Position numbers and translations under genes: made by a program. The notes under the pieces were generated by a model. The model saw nothing but the letters and a program-made list of their open reading frames with translations, searched no databases and was not told the origin of the DNA. A stretch of 36,618 bases of DNA from an uncultured Actinomycetes bacterium (lineage in GTDB: Bacteria > Actinomycetota > Actinomycetes > Nanopelagicales > Nanopelagicaceae), in NCBI GenBank assembly GCA_903820565.1, contig CAIJHZ010000002.1, positions 1 through 36,618 of the forward strand, given 5' to 3'. This document shows positions 9,713 through 20,562 of this stretch, in pieces; the stretch's first letter is position 1, and each line of letters starts with the position of its first letter.

Positions 9713-10549
9713 ACCTATTGGATGCCATACAGTTTTGGCTTCCATAAATGCGGTGATGCGACCGGGATCAGCTGATTTAAAGGAGTAAATCCGCTTCAAG
9801 TTTTCAGCCCCAGCAACCTTGATTTCAGCATGTTTTTTACCTGGAAGACCTGAGATATCTAACGCATCAATATCCATGTGTGATGCCATCCATGGTGCAA
9901 TTTCATCTTTTTTGCCCGTCAGGATGTTAATTACACCTGCAGGCAAATCACTCGTTGCTAGAACTTCAGCAAATGTCATTGCTGACAACGGAGCTTTAGT
10001 ACTTGCCAGAACAACAACAGTATTACCTGATGTGATGATCGGTGCGATTGCATCAATTAATCCAAGCAGTGATGGAGTTTCAGGTGCGATTGCAGCAACG
10101 ACTCCCATGCTTTCGGGAATCGTAAAGTTATAGAAAGGACCAGCGACAGGGTTTGTTGAACCAGCAAGTGATTCAATTTTATCGGTCCAGCCCGCATACC
10201 AAACTAGACGATCTATAGCTTCAGTTACCTCTTTGTCGGCCTTGGCCTTTGTCGCACCAGTTACATTAACAATCTCTTCTATAAATTGCCCACGACGACC
10301 TTCGAGCATTTCCGCAATTCGATATAAAATTTGCCCCCGGTTATACGCGGTTGCTTTATTCCATCCGGCATGTGCTGCACGTGCCGCAACAACTGCATCC
10401 CGTAAATCTTTACGAGATGCTAGACATGGGTTTGCAATAAATACGCCCTTTGCATTCTTCACTTCGTATGTTCGCCCTGATTCAGATCGAGGGAATGCGC
10501 CATTGATATAAAGCTTGTATGTCTTTTTCACATCGATGCGATTACTCAT
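9707..10549 (-). CDS. Short non-catalytic aldehyde-dehydrogenase-like subunit (ALDH16 C-terminal-domain-like)
   Basis: KLYINGAFPRSESGR, RGQILYRIAE, GNTVVV, LPAGVINILTG; lacks LELGGK and the catalytic Cys; 8-nt overlap with the upstream ALDH. Confidence 0.85.
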   Translation of the reverse strand: MSNRIDVKKTYKLYINGAFPRSESGRTYEVKNAKGVFIANPCLASRKDLRDAVVAARAAHAGWNKATAYNRGQILYRIAEMLEGRRGQFIEEIVNVTGATKAKADKEVTEAIDRLVWYAGWTDKIESLAGSTNPVAGPFYNFTIPESMGVVAAIAPETPSLLGLIDAIAPIITSGNTVVVLASTKAPLSAMTFAEVLATSDLPAGVINILTGKKDEIAPWMASHMDIDALDISGLPGKKHAEIKVAGAENLKRIYSFKSADPGRITAFMEAKTVWHPIGL

Positions 10550-11981
10550 GGCTAACTCCCTTCAAGTATGCAGCCAGGCCGTGGCGTCCGCCTTCGCGGC
10601 CCCACCCCGATTCCTTGTATCCACCAAATGGAGATGTTGGATCAAACTTGTTAAAGGTATTAGCCCAGATAACACCTGCGCGAAGTTGTTGTGATGCCCA
10701 CAATGTGCGAGAACCTTTTTCGCTCCAGATGCCTGCTGATAGGCCAAAGGGAGTGTTATTAGCCTTTTCTATCGCCTCTTGCGGAGTTCTGAAGGTCAGG
10801 ACCGAAAGAACTGGACCGAAGATTTCTTCGCGTGCAATGCGATGTGCCTGAGTTACCCCGGTAAAGATTGTTGGCGCAAACCAGAAACCCTTATTTGGCA
10901 GCGTACATGCTGGGCTCCAGCGTTCGGCGCCTTCTGCATCGCCAACAGCAGCCAATTCGATTATTTTTGCGAGTTGTTCCTTGCTATTAATCGCACCAAC
11001 ATCGGTGTTCTTGTCCATCGGATCGCCCACGCGAATCTTTTCCATGCGATTCTTTAGCTTATGCAAAACCTCTTCAGCGACACTTTCTTGTAGCAACAGT
11101 CGAGAGCCAGCACAGCAAACATGCCCTTGATTAAAGAAGATGCCGTTGACAATGCCTTCAACAGTTTCGTCAATGGGTGCATCATCAAAAACAATATTGG
11201 CGGCCTTTCCACCAAGTTCTAAAGTAACGCTCTTATTAGTTGGCGCTACAGCGCGAGCTATAATTTTTCCAACTTCAGTTGATCCAGTAAATGCGATTTT
11301 ATCGATTCCTGGGTGATTAACAATTAGTGCACCGGTCGATCCATCACCTGTAACAATGTTGACAACACCAGCCGGTAGTTCTGCCTGCTGACACACTTCG
11401 GCAAATAGCAAAGCTGTCAGAGGAGTTGATTCAGCTGGCTTTAGTACAACTGTGTTTCCCGCAGCAAGTGCCGGTGCGACCTTCCATGCCAACATCAACA
11501 ATGGAAAATTCCAAGGAATAATCTGTCCGGCAACACCTAGCGGCTTTGGTGATGTGCCGAGACCTGCGTATTCGAGTTTATCTGCCCATCCAGCATGATA
11601 GAAAAAGTGCGCAGCTGCCAATGGAATATCGGTATCGCGTGATTCGCGGATTGGCTTGCCGTTATCGAGAGTTTCTAGCACTGCGAATTCGCGTGCTCGC
11701 TCCTGCATGATTCGAGCGATTCGATACAAATACTTTCCGCGTTCCTTGCCAGACATTTTTGACCAAGTAGTTGAGTACGCCTTTCGTGCGGCCTTTACAG
11801 CTGCATCAACATCCGCTTTTCCGCCAAGTGCAATGTGACTTAGAACTTCTTCAGTTGCGGGATTGATTGTTGGAAAGTGCTTACCGCCGGCAACAAACTT
11901 TCCACCGATGAAATGTCCGTACTTGGGCTTGATCGTGACAATTGCGCGAGATTCTGGCGCTGGGGCGTATTCGAAGGTCAT
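10542..11981 (-). CDS. Aldehyde dehydrogenase, catalytic (ALDH16-like N-terminal part)
   Basis: PWNFP, KPAE, FTGSTEVG, LELGGK, FNQGHVCCAGSR, EEIFGP; start moved to ATG 11981 (MTFEYAPAPES) because GGAG lies 6 nt upstream. Confidence 0.93.
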   Translation of the reverse strand: MTFEYAPAPESRAIVTIKPKYGHFIGGKFVAGGKHFPTINPATEEVLSHIALGGKADVDAAVKAARKAYSTTWSKMSGKERGKYLYRIARIMQERAREFAVLETLDNGKPIRESRDTDIPLAAAHFFYHAGWADKLEYAGLGTSPKPLGVAGQIIPWNFPLLMLAWKVAPALAAGNTVVLKPAESTPLTALLFAEVCQQAELPAGVVNIVTGDGSTGALIVNHPGIDKIAFTGSTEVGKIIARAVAPTNKSVTLELGGKAANIVFDDAPIDETVEGIVNGIFFNQGHVCCAGSRLLLQESVAEEVLHKLKNRMEKIRVGDPMDKNTDVGAINSKEQLAKIIELAAVGDAEGAERWSPACTLPNKGFWFAPTIFTGVTQAHRIAREEIFGPVLSVLTFRTPQEAIEKANNTPFGLSAGIWSEKGSRTLWASQQLRAGVIWANTFNKFDPTSPFGGYKESGWGREGGRHGLAAYLKGVSHE

Positions 11982-11992
11982 AGTCGTCTCCA

Positions 11993-12940
11993 TTAATCCA
12001 TCGTCACATACTGAGGGCTACTGTAATAGCCGTCATCCATCTTCATGCGTTGCATCAATAGATCATTGAGCAATGCACTGGCGCCAATCCGAAAGAGTTT
12101 CGGACTGAGCCAATCTGGTCCAACGGTTTCATTGACCAAAACTAATTGTTTGATTGCATCTTTAGTATTGCGGATTCCTCCAGCTGGTTTAACACCAATT
12201 CGTACCTGGGCCATCTCATAGAAATCTCGAACTGCTTCAAGCATCACTAATACAACAGGGGGAGTTGCAGCGGGTGCAACTTTTCCAGTTGATGTTTTAA
12301 TAAAGTCTGCACCCGCGGCCATGGCCAAGAACGATGCCTTTCGTACATTGTCGTAGGTGACTAGCTCTCCAGTTTCAAAAATAACTTTTAAGTGTGCCTT
12401 GTCTCCACACACTTGCCGGATCTGAACAATCTCATTGAAAACATCGATGTATCGCCCAGCAAGAAAAGCGCCACGGTCGATCACCATGTCAATTTCAGCC
12501 GCACCTGCATCAATGGCGTCTTGCGTATCTTGAATCTTGACCGGCATTGATGCTCGTCCTGATGGAAAAGCAGTTGAAACTGCTGCTACTGGTACATGCT
12601 GACCACCGATTAAATCTAGATGTTTACGAGCTACTGAAACCATGTCGTTATATACGCAAACAGCTCCGACGCTAGGAACTGATGAATCAGTTGGGTCTGG
12701 TCGCACAGCTTTTGTACATAAAGCCGTAACTTTGCCAGGAGTATCAGCGCCTTCAAGAGTTGTTAAGTCCACCATCGTGATTGCAGTGTCTATTGCCCAG
12801 CGCTTGGATGTTGTTTTGATGCTTCTAGTTGCAAGCATTGCCGCTCGAGCTTCGGCGCCTACTTGATCCACGCCGGAAAGGTTGCCAAGGTAACTTTTTA
12901 GTGAGGCATCAGTGCCGTCAACTAAACCATAAAAACTCAC
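11993..12940 (-). CDS. deoC: Deoxyribose-phosphate aldolase
   Basis: DLTTLEG, AFPSG, EIDMVI, LKVIFETGEL, FIKTSTGK, GVKPAGGIR, RIGAS. Confidence 0.96.
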   Translation of the reverse strand: MSFYGLVDGTDASLKSYLGNLSGVDQVGAEARAAMLATRSIKTTSKRWAIDTAITMVDLTTLEGADTPGKVTALCTKAVRPDPTDSSVPSVGAVCVYNDMVSVARKHLDLIGGQHVPVAAVSTAFPSGRASMPVKIQDTQDAIDAGAAEIDMVIDRGAFLAGRYIDVFNEIVQIRQVCGDKAHLKVIFETGELVTYDNVRKASFLAMAAGADFIKTSTGKVAPAATPPVVLVMLEAVRDFYEMAQVRIGVKPAGGIRNTKDAIKQLVLVNETVGPDWLSPKLFRIGASALLNDLLMQRMKMDDGYYSSPQYVTMD

Positions 12941-14553
12941 GATAATAATTCCTTAAGCGGTGGTCGCAGTTGATCCAATACTACTTGAGCGGTTTTGGAA
13001 TCCTTTTCAATTACCTCAATGTAACACTTCATCTTTGCTTCAGTACCGCTGGGACGAATGATTATTCGGACGCCTCCATCTAGCCAAATTCGTAAACCAT
13101 CTGTAGGTGGAAGACCATCTGTAGGGACAGCTAAATCATCAATAGCAGTAACTACCCGACCTGCAATATTTTGTGGTGGATTACTACGAAGCCCACCAAG
13201 AATTACCCCAACCTTTGATAAGTCACTCAAGCGAATAGAAATCTGTTCCGTTGCATGAAATCCATGCCGAGCCCAGATTTCATCCAGTAAATCAAGGAGA
13301 GTCTTTTCATCGGCCGCTAGATCTGTTGCTATTTGCGCCAAAGTAATTGCTGCCGAAATTCCATCTTTATCATTGACTGTCTTTGCATCAACGGCATATC
13401 CAAGTGCTTCTTCATAACCAAAGGTCAGATCTTTAATTTTTGCTAGCCACTTGAAGCCTGTCAGAGTTTCTTTAAATTCGAGTTTGTAATGTTCAGCAAT
13501 TTTTTTCAGAATTGAAGAAGAAACAATAGAGTTAGCAAAAACGCCTGAGCTGCTCTTTCGAGCAATAGATTCACCTAAAATTGCCCCTAGTTCATCCCCT
13601 CGAAGCATCCGCCAACCCGTTGCCGGATCTTTTACTGCAGCAGCACACCGGTCTGCATCCGGGTCATTTGCAATTACTAGATCTGCATCAAATGCCCTTG
13701 CTGTCTCAAGTGCTAAATCAATCGCACCTGGCTCTTCAGGGTTAGGGAAAGCAACTGTTGGAAAGTCGGGATCTGGAGCAGCTTGTGCATCAACCAAGAT
13801 TGGCGACGGGAAACCTGCTTTCTGAAAAACTCGCTGAAGAGTTTCGGTGCCAACACCGTGCATCGCCGTATAAACGATTTTTAATGATCCTGGGTTTGTT
13901 GCAAGAGATGCGGTGCGATCGATGTATTCCTCAATTATTTCTTCTCCTAACACACTCCACTCTTTGCCACGTGGCTGTGCTTTCAGGGATGCAATCGAGT
14001 CAATCTTTTGTGCAATTGATATATCGGTAGGCGAGACAATCTGAGATCCTCTGTATTCGATGCCATCTACGGTTCCACCGAGATAAACCTTGTACCCATT
14101 ATCTTGGGGTGGGTTGTGGCTCGCAGTGACCATAATGCCGACATCGCACCCCAATTCATTAGTAGCAAAGGCTAAAACTGGAGTTGGAAGCGGTCGAGGT
14201 AGGATGAAAACCTTCATCCCAGCACCACTCATAATTTCAGCGGTTTCAAATGTGTAATCTTCAGATCCATAACGTGCATCGCGACCAATAACTACAGAAG
14301 CTAAATTGCGGTCGCGCATGTAGGCAACTATTCCGGCGGCTGTACGACCAACAACGGCGCGATTCATTCCAGATGGCCCAGGTCTAACCGGACCACGCAA
14401 GCCAGCAGTTCCAAATTGTAAAAAGCCATTAAAGGAAGCGCGGAGTTCCATTTCATTGTCAGTATCTAGCCACAGTTGTAATTGAGAAGCTGTCGCTGGA
14501 TCTGGATCATCGGCAATCCAGGCTTGAACTTCGGCCACTAATGATTGATCCAT
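12937..14553 (-). CDS. Phosphohexomutase-superfamily mutase (PmmB/PGM2-like; probable phosphopentomutase)
   Basis: FGTAGLRG, TASHNP, DPDADR, FGYEE, RPSGTE; start placed at ATG 14553, preceded by TACTCT-6 nt. Confidence 0.9.
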   Translation of the reverse strand: MDQSLVAEVQAWIADDPDPATASQLQLWLDTDNEMELRASFNGFLQFGTAGLRGPVRPGPSGMNRAVVGRTAAGIVAYMRDRNLASVVIGRDARYGSEDYTFETAEIMSGAGMKVFILPRPLPTPVLAFATNELGCDVGIMVTASHNPPQDNGYKVYLGGTVDGIEYRGSQIVSPTDISIAQKIDSIASLKAQPRGKEWSVLGEEIIEEYIDRTASLATNPGSLKIVYTAMHGVGTETLQRVFQKAGFPSPILVDAQAAPDPDFPTVAFPNPEEPGAIDLALETARAFDADLVIANDPDADRCAAAVKDPATGWRMLRGDELGAILGESIARKSSSGVFANSIVSSSILKKIAEHYKLEFKETLTGFKWLAKIKDLTFGYEEALGYAVDAKTVNDKDGISAAITLAQIATDLAADEKTLLDLLDEIWARHGFHATEQISIRLSDLSKVGVILGGLRSNPPQNIAGRVVTAIDDLAVPTDGLPPTDGLRIWLDGGVRIIIRPSGTEAKMKCYIEVIEKDSKTAQVVLDQLRPPLKELLS

Positions 14554-14594
14554 GTGCTTAGAGTAACTTCGAGACATCCCTTTGAGAAGTCAGA

Positions 14595-16313
14595 TTATTT
14601 ATCCATTATGTCACACAGATTAGTTCCACTTGAAACAGTGGCTCCAATGACTGCAGTGAGATTAGAGATTATGCCCGCCTTATGAGCAGTCAGTGGCTGC
14701 TCCATTTTCATTGCTTCAAGAACAATGATGAGGTCGCCTACTTCAACAGCTGCACCTTCTTCTACTGCGATCTTAACAACTGTGCCTTGCATGGGACTTG
14801 TTAGTCCAGACCCACTTGATCCACCAGCCATAGTTTGTTTTGCACGGTGACGTTTTATAACTGGCTTAGGTGCGTGAACCAGAATTTCAAATCGCTTTCC
14901 ATTAACTTCGGTAACGAGATACTCAGGCGCCATGTGAGTTTCAAGAGGTGGCTCAGTGACAGTAAATGCCTGTATCTGATTGTCGAATTCATTTTCAATA
15001 TAACTTGTATATACCTTGAAATTCTTTGTGTATGCAGGGTCTTCAAGAATTGCACGATGGAATGGAATTGCAGTAGCTAAGCCGCCAACTGTGAATTCAG
15101 AAAGTGCACGGCGAGCACGTTCAATTGCTTGTTCACGAGTTGCACCAGTAACAATTAATTTTGCAAGCAGAGAATCAAAATTGCCACCGATCGTGTCGCC
15201 ACCTTGAAAACCTGCATCTACCCGCACGCCAGGGCCTGTTGGTATTTCCCACTCTGTGATTCGACCTGGAGCAGGTAGGAATGAACGGCCAGGATCCTCA
15301 CCATTAATTCGAAATTCTATGGAATGTCCCCGAATTACGGGATCATCAAATCCAAGTGCTTCGCCATCTGCAATTCGGAACTGTTCACGCACAAGATCAA
15401 GTCCTGTCACTTCTTCGCTGACAGGGTGCTCAACTTGTAAACGCGTATTTACTTCTAGAAATGAAATTGTTCCATCGACACCAACTAAAAACTCGCATGT
15501 TCCGGCGCCTACGTAGCCTGCTTCCTTCATGATCGCTTTACTTGAACGGTATAGCTCATCATTTTGTGCCTCGGTTAAAAATGGTGCAGGTGCTTCTTCA
15601 ACTAATTTTTGGTGACGACGCTGCAAAGAGCAGTCACGTGTACTAACAACAACGGCATGACCATGCTGGTCAACTAAAACTTGAGTTTCAACGTGTCGGG
15701 GCTTATCTAAGTAGCGCTCAACAAAGCATTCACCGCGACCAAAACCTGAAATTGCTTCACGAACAGCAGATGCAAATAGTTCTGGAATTTCTTCCATTGT
15801 CCGCGCAACCTTAAGTCCACGTCCACCACCGCCATGTGCAGCCTTGATTGCTACAGGCAAGCCATGCTCTTGTGCAAACGCTGTTACCTCTTCATGTCCT
15901 GCAACGGGATCCTTTGTGCCGGCAACTAAAGGTGCCCCTGCTTTTGCGGCAATCTTGCGAGCCGAAACCTTGTCACCCAATGCCCGAATCGCATCAGGTG
16001 GTGGTCCAATCCATGTAAGACCCGCGTCAATAACGGCCTGTGCGAAGTTTGCATTCTCTGACAGAAATCCATAACCAGGGTGCACAGCATCTGCGCCAGA
16101 ATCTTTAGCAATCGCAATTAGTTTTTCAATATCTAAATAAGTTTGTGTAGCCGTTGTGCCATGAAGTGAGTAGGCGGTATCTGCCATTTGTGCATGAAGT
16201 GATGTTCGATCTTCATCTGAATACACGGCAACACTTTCGATACCGTGGTCCTTACAGGCACGAATAACGCGCACAGCAATTTCACCGCGGTTCGCAATTA
16301 GTACGCGCTTCAT
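14595..16313 (-). CDS. bccA: Acyl-CoA carboxylase alpha subunit (biotin carboxylase + BCCP fusion; AccA3/BccA)
   Basis: [41 protein letters not shown]-terminal EAMKM biotinylation site. Confidence 0.96.
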   Translation of the reverse strand: MKRVLIANRGEIAVRVIRACKDHGIESVAVYSDEDRTSLHAQMADTAYSLHGTTATQTYLDIEKLIAIAKDSGADAVHPGYGFLSENANFAQAVIDAGLTWIGPPPDAIRALGDKVSARKIAAKAGAPLVAGTKDPVAGHEEVTAFAQEHGLPVAIKAAHGGGGRGLKVARTMEEIPELFASAVREAISGFGRGECFVERYLDKPRHVETQVLVDQHGHAVVVSTRDCSLQRRHQKLVEEAPAPFLTEAQNDELYRSSKAIMKEAGYVGAGTCEFLVGVDGTISFLEVNTRLQVEHPVSEEVTGLDLVREQFRIADGEALGFDDPVIRGHSIEFRINGEDPGRSFLPAPGRITEWEIPTGPGVRVDAGFQGGDTIGGNFDSLLAKLIVTGATREQAIERARRALSEFTVGGLATAIPFHRAILEDPAYTKNFKVYTSYIENEFDNQIQAFTVTEPPLETHMAPEYLVTEVNGKRFEILVHAPKPVIKRHRAKQTMAGGSSGSGLTSPMQGTVVKIAVEEGAAVEVGDLIIVLEAMKMEQPLTAHKAGIISNLTAVIGATVSSGTNLCDIMDK

Positions 16314-16912
16314 TTCATCACCTTTGCTTGCGGCCAGGTGTACCCAAGTTGCGCAAAGGCTTTGCGCACAAATGGCATTGAGATACCAACGACATTTGTG
16401 TAATCACCCTCAATTGAAGGAATAAAAGGAGAGCTAAATCCATCTAGAGTGAAGCCGCCGGCAACATGTAACGGTTCTTCTGTCGCAACATAATCTGCAA
16501 TTTCTTCATCACTCATGTGATCAAAAGTGACGCGAGTTGTTACACGATCTGAAATCTCAACATCTTTAACCGTGTCAATAATGCAGTGTCCGGTGTGTAG
16601 CAGTCCTGAATTACCTCGGACTCTCTTTGCTCGCTCTGTCGCAATATCTGGTGTACCTGGCTTTCCTAGCGAGACTCCATCAAATTCAAAAGTTGAATCA
16701 CAGCCAATAATTATTGCTGGGAAATCAATGTGTTCGCGGACCGTATGAGCCTTTGTAATTGCCAAGGCAATAACCATATCTACAGGATGCATTGCATTGA
16801 AAAAATCTGTTTCTTCATCAACATTACTAACCATTATCTTCGGCGACAAGCCTGCTGACTCGAGCAAGCGGCGTCGACTCGTTGATTGAGAAGCTAAAAC
16901 GATTGTCGGCAT
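16310..16912 (-). CDS. maf: Maf-family nucleoside triphosphate pyrophosphatase
   Basis: [29 protein letters not shown]. Confidence 0.93.
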   Translation of the reverse strand: MPTIVLASQSTSRRRLLESAGLSPKIMVSNVDEETDFFNAMHPVDMVIALAITKAHTVREHIDFPAIIIGCDSTFEFDGVSLGKPGTPDIATERAKRVRGNSGLLHTGHCIIDTVKDVEISDRVTTRVTFDHMSDEEIADYVATEEPLHVAGGFTLDGFSSPFIPSIEGDYTNVVGISMPFVRKAFAQLGYTWPQAKVMK

Positions 16913-16914
16913 TG

Positions 16915-17097
16915 TTATCCAAACCTTCTTGCACCAAATGTAATTTGCTGAGGAAGTGGCTGGCGCAATTGCGGCAATCCATACACGCTACGACGAATAA
17001 CAGGTGTGAGTTCTTCACGTTTGTGCTGTGCCATGACAGATTGAATCGCTATCAACTCTTCAGGTGTTGGATTTCCCGACATGATTTCAAATTGCAT
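16915..17097 (-). CDS. accE: Acyl-CoA carboxylase epsilon subunit
   Basis: GNPTPEEL motif; 60 aa; TAATG overlap with the beta subunit gene; canonical beta-epsilon-maf order. Confidence 0.88.
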   Translation of the reverse strand: MQFEIMSGNPTPEELIAIQSVMAQHKREELTPVIRRSVYGLPQLRQPLPQQITFGARRFG

Positions 17098-18668
17098 TAC
17101 AGAGGAATATTTCCGTGTTTGCGAGCGGGCAAAATATCTCTCTTGGTCTTTAAAGTTCGAAAGGCCTTGGTGATATATGCGCGAGACTGACTTGGTTCGA
17201 TAACTGTGTCAATGGTTCCGCGTTCTGCAGCTAAGTAAGGATTTGCAAGTGATTCGTTGTAATCCTTTACTAATTCAGCGCGCCTTGCTTCAGGATCTTT
17301 AGCATCTGCTAAATCTTTGCGATATAAAATGTTCACCGCACCTTGTGCGCCCATTACTGCGATTTCAGCACTTGGCCATGCAAAGTTGATGTCACTGCCA
17401 AGGTACTTAGATCCCATAACAATAAATGCTCCGCCATATGCCTTGCGAGTAATAAGCGTCACTAGAGGAACAGACGCTTCTGCGTATGCGTAAAGCAACT
17501 TAGCACCGCGGCGAATAATTCCATCCCATTCTTGTTCTGTTCCAGGCAAGAAACCAGGCACATCTACAAGGGTCAGGATTGGAATATTGAATGCATCGCA
17601 GAAACGCAAGAAGCGTGCTGCTTTTTCACTTGAATTTATATCAAGAGTTCCGGCTAATTGATTTGGCTGGTTAGCAATGATGCCGATTGATTCACCCTCG
17701 ATGCGGGCAAATCCAACGACAATGTTTGGTGCATACAGGGCATGAACTTCGAGGAACTCGCCCTCATCTACTAACGCCTGAATTAAAACCTTCATGTCAT
17801 ATGGCTGGTTAGGACTATCTGGAATCAGTGTATCTAGTGCGATATCTGATGCTTTCTTTTCCAATGTTTCAGTTGGAGGCAGGTGGGGAGTTGCATCCAT
17901 GTTGTTGGATGGAAGATAAGAAAGAAGTGCCTTTACGTAATCAATTGCATCTTCTTCGTTTTCAGCCAAGTAATGTGAATTACCCGTGCGAGTGTTATGT
18001 GTGTGCGCACCGCCGAGTTCTTCCATTCCGACTTCTTCACCTGTTACCGTCTTGATGACATCAGGGCCGGTAATAAACATGTGCGAAGTTTCATTAACCA
18101 TCACGGTGAAATCAGTAAGTGCAGGTGAATATGCAGAGCCGCCAGCGCATGGACCAAGAATTAGCGAGATCTGGGGGATAACTCCCGATGATCTGGTGTT
18201 GAGGCGAAAGATTTTTCCATATCCATTAAGGGAAGCAACACCCTCTTGAATACGAGCGCCGCCAGAATCATTTATTCCAATAAGTGGAATTCCAGATTTA
18301 AGTGCGAACTCAGCAATCTTTACGATCTTTTCTGCGTGAACTTCGCCAAGTGACCCACCCATTACGGTGAAATCTTGTGAATACAAAGCTATTGGTCGGC
18401 CATCAACGGTTGCTGTCCCGATAACTACGCCATCTCCGTATGGACGATTCTTTTCCATTCCAAATTGCGTAGAACGGTGACGGGCAAACTCATCGATCTC
18501 GGTGAAAGAATCCGCATCAACGAGCAATTCAATTCTTTCGCGAGCAGATTTTTTACCCTTTGAGTGCTGCTTCTCAACGGCGCGCTCGGAGCCACCATGG
18601 ATGGCTTCCTCAACACGATCACGAAGGTCTTCTATTTTTCCGGCAGTTGTATGCAGATCACGGCTCAT
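17097..18668 (-). CDS. pccB: Acyl/propionyl-CoA carboxylase beta subunit (AccD5/PccB)
   Basis: [39 protein letters not shown]. Confidence 0.95.
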   Translation of the reverse strand: MSRDLHTTAGKIEDLRDRVEEAIHGGSERAVEKQHSKGKKSARERIELLVDADSFTEIDEFARHRSTQFGMEKNRPYGDGVVIGTATVDGRPIALYSQDFTVMGGSLGEVHAEKIVKIAEFALKSGIPLIGINDSGGARIQEGVASLNGYGKIFRLNTRSSGVIPQISLILGPCAGGSAYSPALTDFTVMVNETSHMFITGPDVIKTVTGEEVGMEELGGAHTHNTRTGNSHYLAENEEDAIDYVKALLSYLPSNNMDATPHLPPTETLEKKASDIALDTLIPDSPNQPYDMKVLIQALVDEGEFLEVHALYAPNIVVGFARIEGESIGIIANQPNQLAGTLDINSSEKAARFLRFCDAFNIPILTLVDVPGFLPGTEQEWDGIIRRGAKLLYAYAEASVPLVTLITRKAYGGAFIVMGSKYLGSDINFAWPSAEIAVMGAQGAVNILYRKDLADAKDPEARRAELVKDYNESLANPYLAAERGTIDTVIEPSQSRAYITKAFRTLKTKRDILPARKHGNIPL

Positions 18669-18686
18669 GGGCGTACGGTACTAGTC
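18669..18686. promoter_or_regulatory. Putative bidirectional leaderless promoter pccB/birA
   Basis: + strand TACGGT (18674-18679)-7 nt-GTG 18687; - strand TACCGT (18680-18675)-6 nt-ATG 18668. Confidence 0.72.
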
Positions 18687-19445
18687 GTGGGCAAAGAATT
18701 GTTAAGTGCAGCGCTTGATCCAGCTGAGATCAATAGATTAATTACGCCTTACTGGCGAGTAAGCGTGGTTGAACTCACGGGTACAACGCAAGGTGATTTA
18801 GTACAACGAGTTCGCGAAAGAAATGCGAAAGTCGGGGATGTAATAGCTGCAGAATTTCAAAGTGCTGGACGCGGCAGATTAGATCGTACCTTCGAAGCAC
18901 CTAAAGGAAGCGCGTTGCTATTTTCTTTTTACATAGAACCACAACGCAATCGTGATGACTGGGGTTGGATCCCATTAATCGCTGGATACAGTGTTGCGAA
19001 AACTCTGCATGCTTTTCATGCAACTGTTAAATGGCCCAATGACATTTTGATTAATCACAAAAAAGTTTCAGGGCTAATTGCAGAAGTGGTTGGCAACGGA
19101 TTAGTAATTGGAATTGGCATTAATGTTGGAATGAGTGAAGCTCAACTTCCTGTCGATACCGCAACATCCTTACTTGTTGAAGGCGGAGTTGATTTAACGC
19201 GAGATGAAATATTGTGTGAGGTACTCGAAGAGTTCGAAGAGCACTTTGAGCAATGGGATCAAGGAATAGACGAAGTTCAGGCTTTGTACGTACATCTATG
19301 TTCCACCCTAGGCAAAGAAGTCCGCGTTGAATACCCTGGCGGAGCTACTCACTTGGCTATCGCTGAATCGATTTCAGATGTTGGCGCGCTTATCTTGGAT
19401 GATGGGACTCATGTTCAATCCGCCGATGTAATTCATCTACGATAG
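18687..19445 (+). CDS. birA: Biotin--[acetyl-CoA carboxylase] ligase, monofunctional (no HTH)
   Basis: QSAGRGRLDR, KWPNDIL, KVSGLI, GIGIN; start moved from 18564 (inside pccB) to in-frame GTG 18687. Confidence 0.92.
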   Translation: MGKELLSAALDPAEINRLITPYWRVSVVELTGTTQGDLVQRVRERNAKVGDVIAAEFQSAGRGRLDRTFEAPKGSALLFSFYIEPQRNRDDWGWIPLIAGYSVAKTLHAFHATVKWPNDILINHKKVSGLIAEVVGNGLVIGIGINVGMSEAQLPVDTATSLLVEGGVDLTRDEILCEVLEEFEEHFEQWDQGIDEVQALYVHLCSTLGKEVRVEYPGGATHLAIAESISDVGALILDDGTHVQSADVIHLR

Positions 19446-19449
19446 GCCG

Positions 19450-20562
19450 GTGAGCAAAGCCTTCCCAACAGTCGGAGTCATCGGCGCCGGACAACTTGCT
19501 CGAATGAGTATCGCACCAGCGACTTCTTTAGGTGTTAATTTATTGTTGCTTGCAGCTGATTCCAATGATTCCGCGGCTCAGATCGCTAAGCACGTTGTCG
19601 GTGATTACACCGATCTGCAGACTGTTCGACAATTTGCGGCACAGTGTGATGTCATTACTTTTGAACACGAATTAATACCTTTAAGCATCATTAAGACGCT
19701 AGAAACAGATGGCGTCGTTGTGCGTCCCTCTTCTGCCGCATTTGAATTTTCACAGGATAAAGCGGCCATGCGCCAAAAACTGCAAGCTTTTCCTTCGCCG
19801 AAATTTCAAATTGTCACCGCGATAGATCAAGTAAGTAATTTTCCGGTCATCGCTAAGGCAATCTCTGGCGGATATGACGGCCGCGGCGTATGGAAAATAA
19901 ATTCAGCAAAGGAGTTAGGCGATCTCTTACACAAAATGCCTAAGCTACTGATTGAAGAGTTAATAGAATTTGATTATGAGATCGCTGTAATGGTTGCGCG
20001 TTCACCTCATGGACAAGCAACGACGTGGGCCCCTACTCAAACGGTACAAAAAGATGGAATCTGCGTGATGACAATTTCACCCGCACCTTTGCTATCTGCG
20101 GCCTTAAGTGAAAAAGCACAAAAACTTGCTCTAGATATTGCCGCTGAAGTTGCAGTGGTGGGCGTGATGGCCGTTGAAATGTTTGTAAAAGGCGATAACT
20201 TATTTATTAATGAGTTAGCTATGCGTCCACATAACTCTGGACATTGGACCATTGAAGGTTCCCATATAAGTCAGTTCGAACAACACCTGCGCGCAGTCTT
20301 AGATCTACCTTTAGGTGACCCAGCAATGACAGCACCTATTGCCGTCATGGGGAATGTTTTAGGTGGCAGTAAGACCGATATGTATCGTCCGTATCTGCAC
20401 TTGATGGCACGCACGCCTGCGCTGCATTTCCATCAATATAAGAAGGATGTTCGCCCAGGTCGAAAGATTGGCCATGTAACTTTGTTAGGGAAAGACCTCG
20501 TAGAATTAACCCACGAAGTCCAACATGCTGTGGATTACATGAGCGGAGAAATCGATGAGTGA
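19450..20562 (+). CDS. purK: N5-carboxyaminoimidazole ribonucleotide synthase
   Basis: [39 protein letters not shown]; TACGAT-6 nt-GTG. Confidence 0.96.
   Translation: MSKAFPTVGVIGAGQLARMSIAPATSLGVNLLLLAADSNDSAAQIAKHVVGDYTDLQTVRQFAAQCDVITFEHELIPLSIIKTLETDGVVVRPSSAAFEFSQDKAAMRQKLQAFPSPKFQIVTAIDQVSNFPVIAKAISGGYDGRGVWKINSAKELGDLLHKMPKLLIEELIEFDYEIAVMVARSPHGQATTWAPTQTVQKDGICVMTISPAPLLSAALSEKAQKLALDIAAEVAVVGVMAVEMFVKGDNLFINELAMRPHNSGHWTIEGSHISQFEQHLRAVLDLPLGDPAMTAPIAVMGNVLGGSKTDMYRPYLHLMARTPALHFHQYKKDVRPGRKIGHVTLLGKDLVELTHEVQHAVDYMSGEIDE

Noticed and set aside
9707-10549. Short ALDH as a pseudogene
   Set aside because: Intact frame, SD, translational coupling and a clean loss of one whole domain indicate a real subunit
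14566-14594. ACTTC...GAAGT inverted repeat after bccA as a terminator
   Set aside because: Only 5 bp with a long loop and no U-tract
18564-18686. N-terminal extension of BirA (possible repressor HTH)
   Set aside because: Overlaps pccB head-to-head and has no HTH; GTG 18687 has a well-placed -10 box
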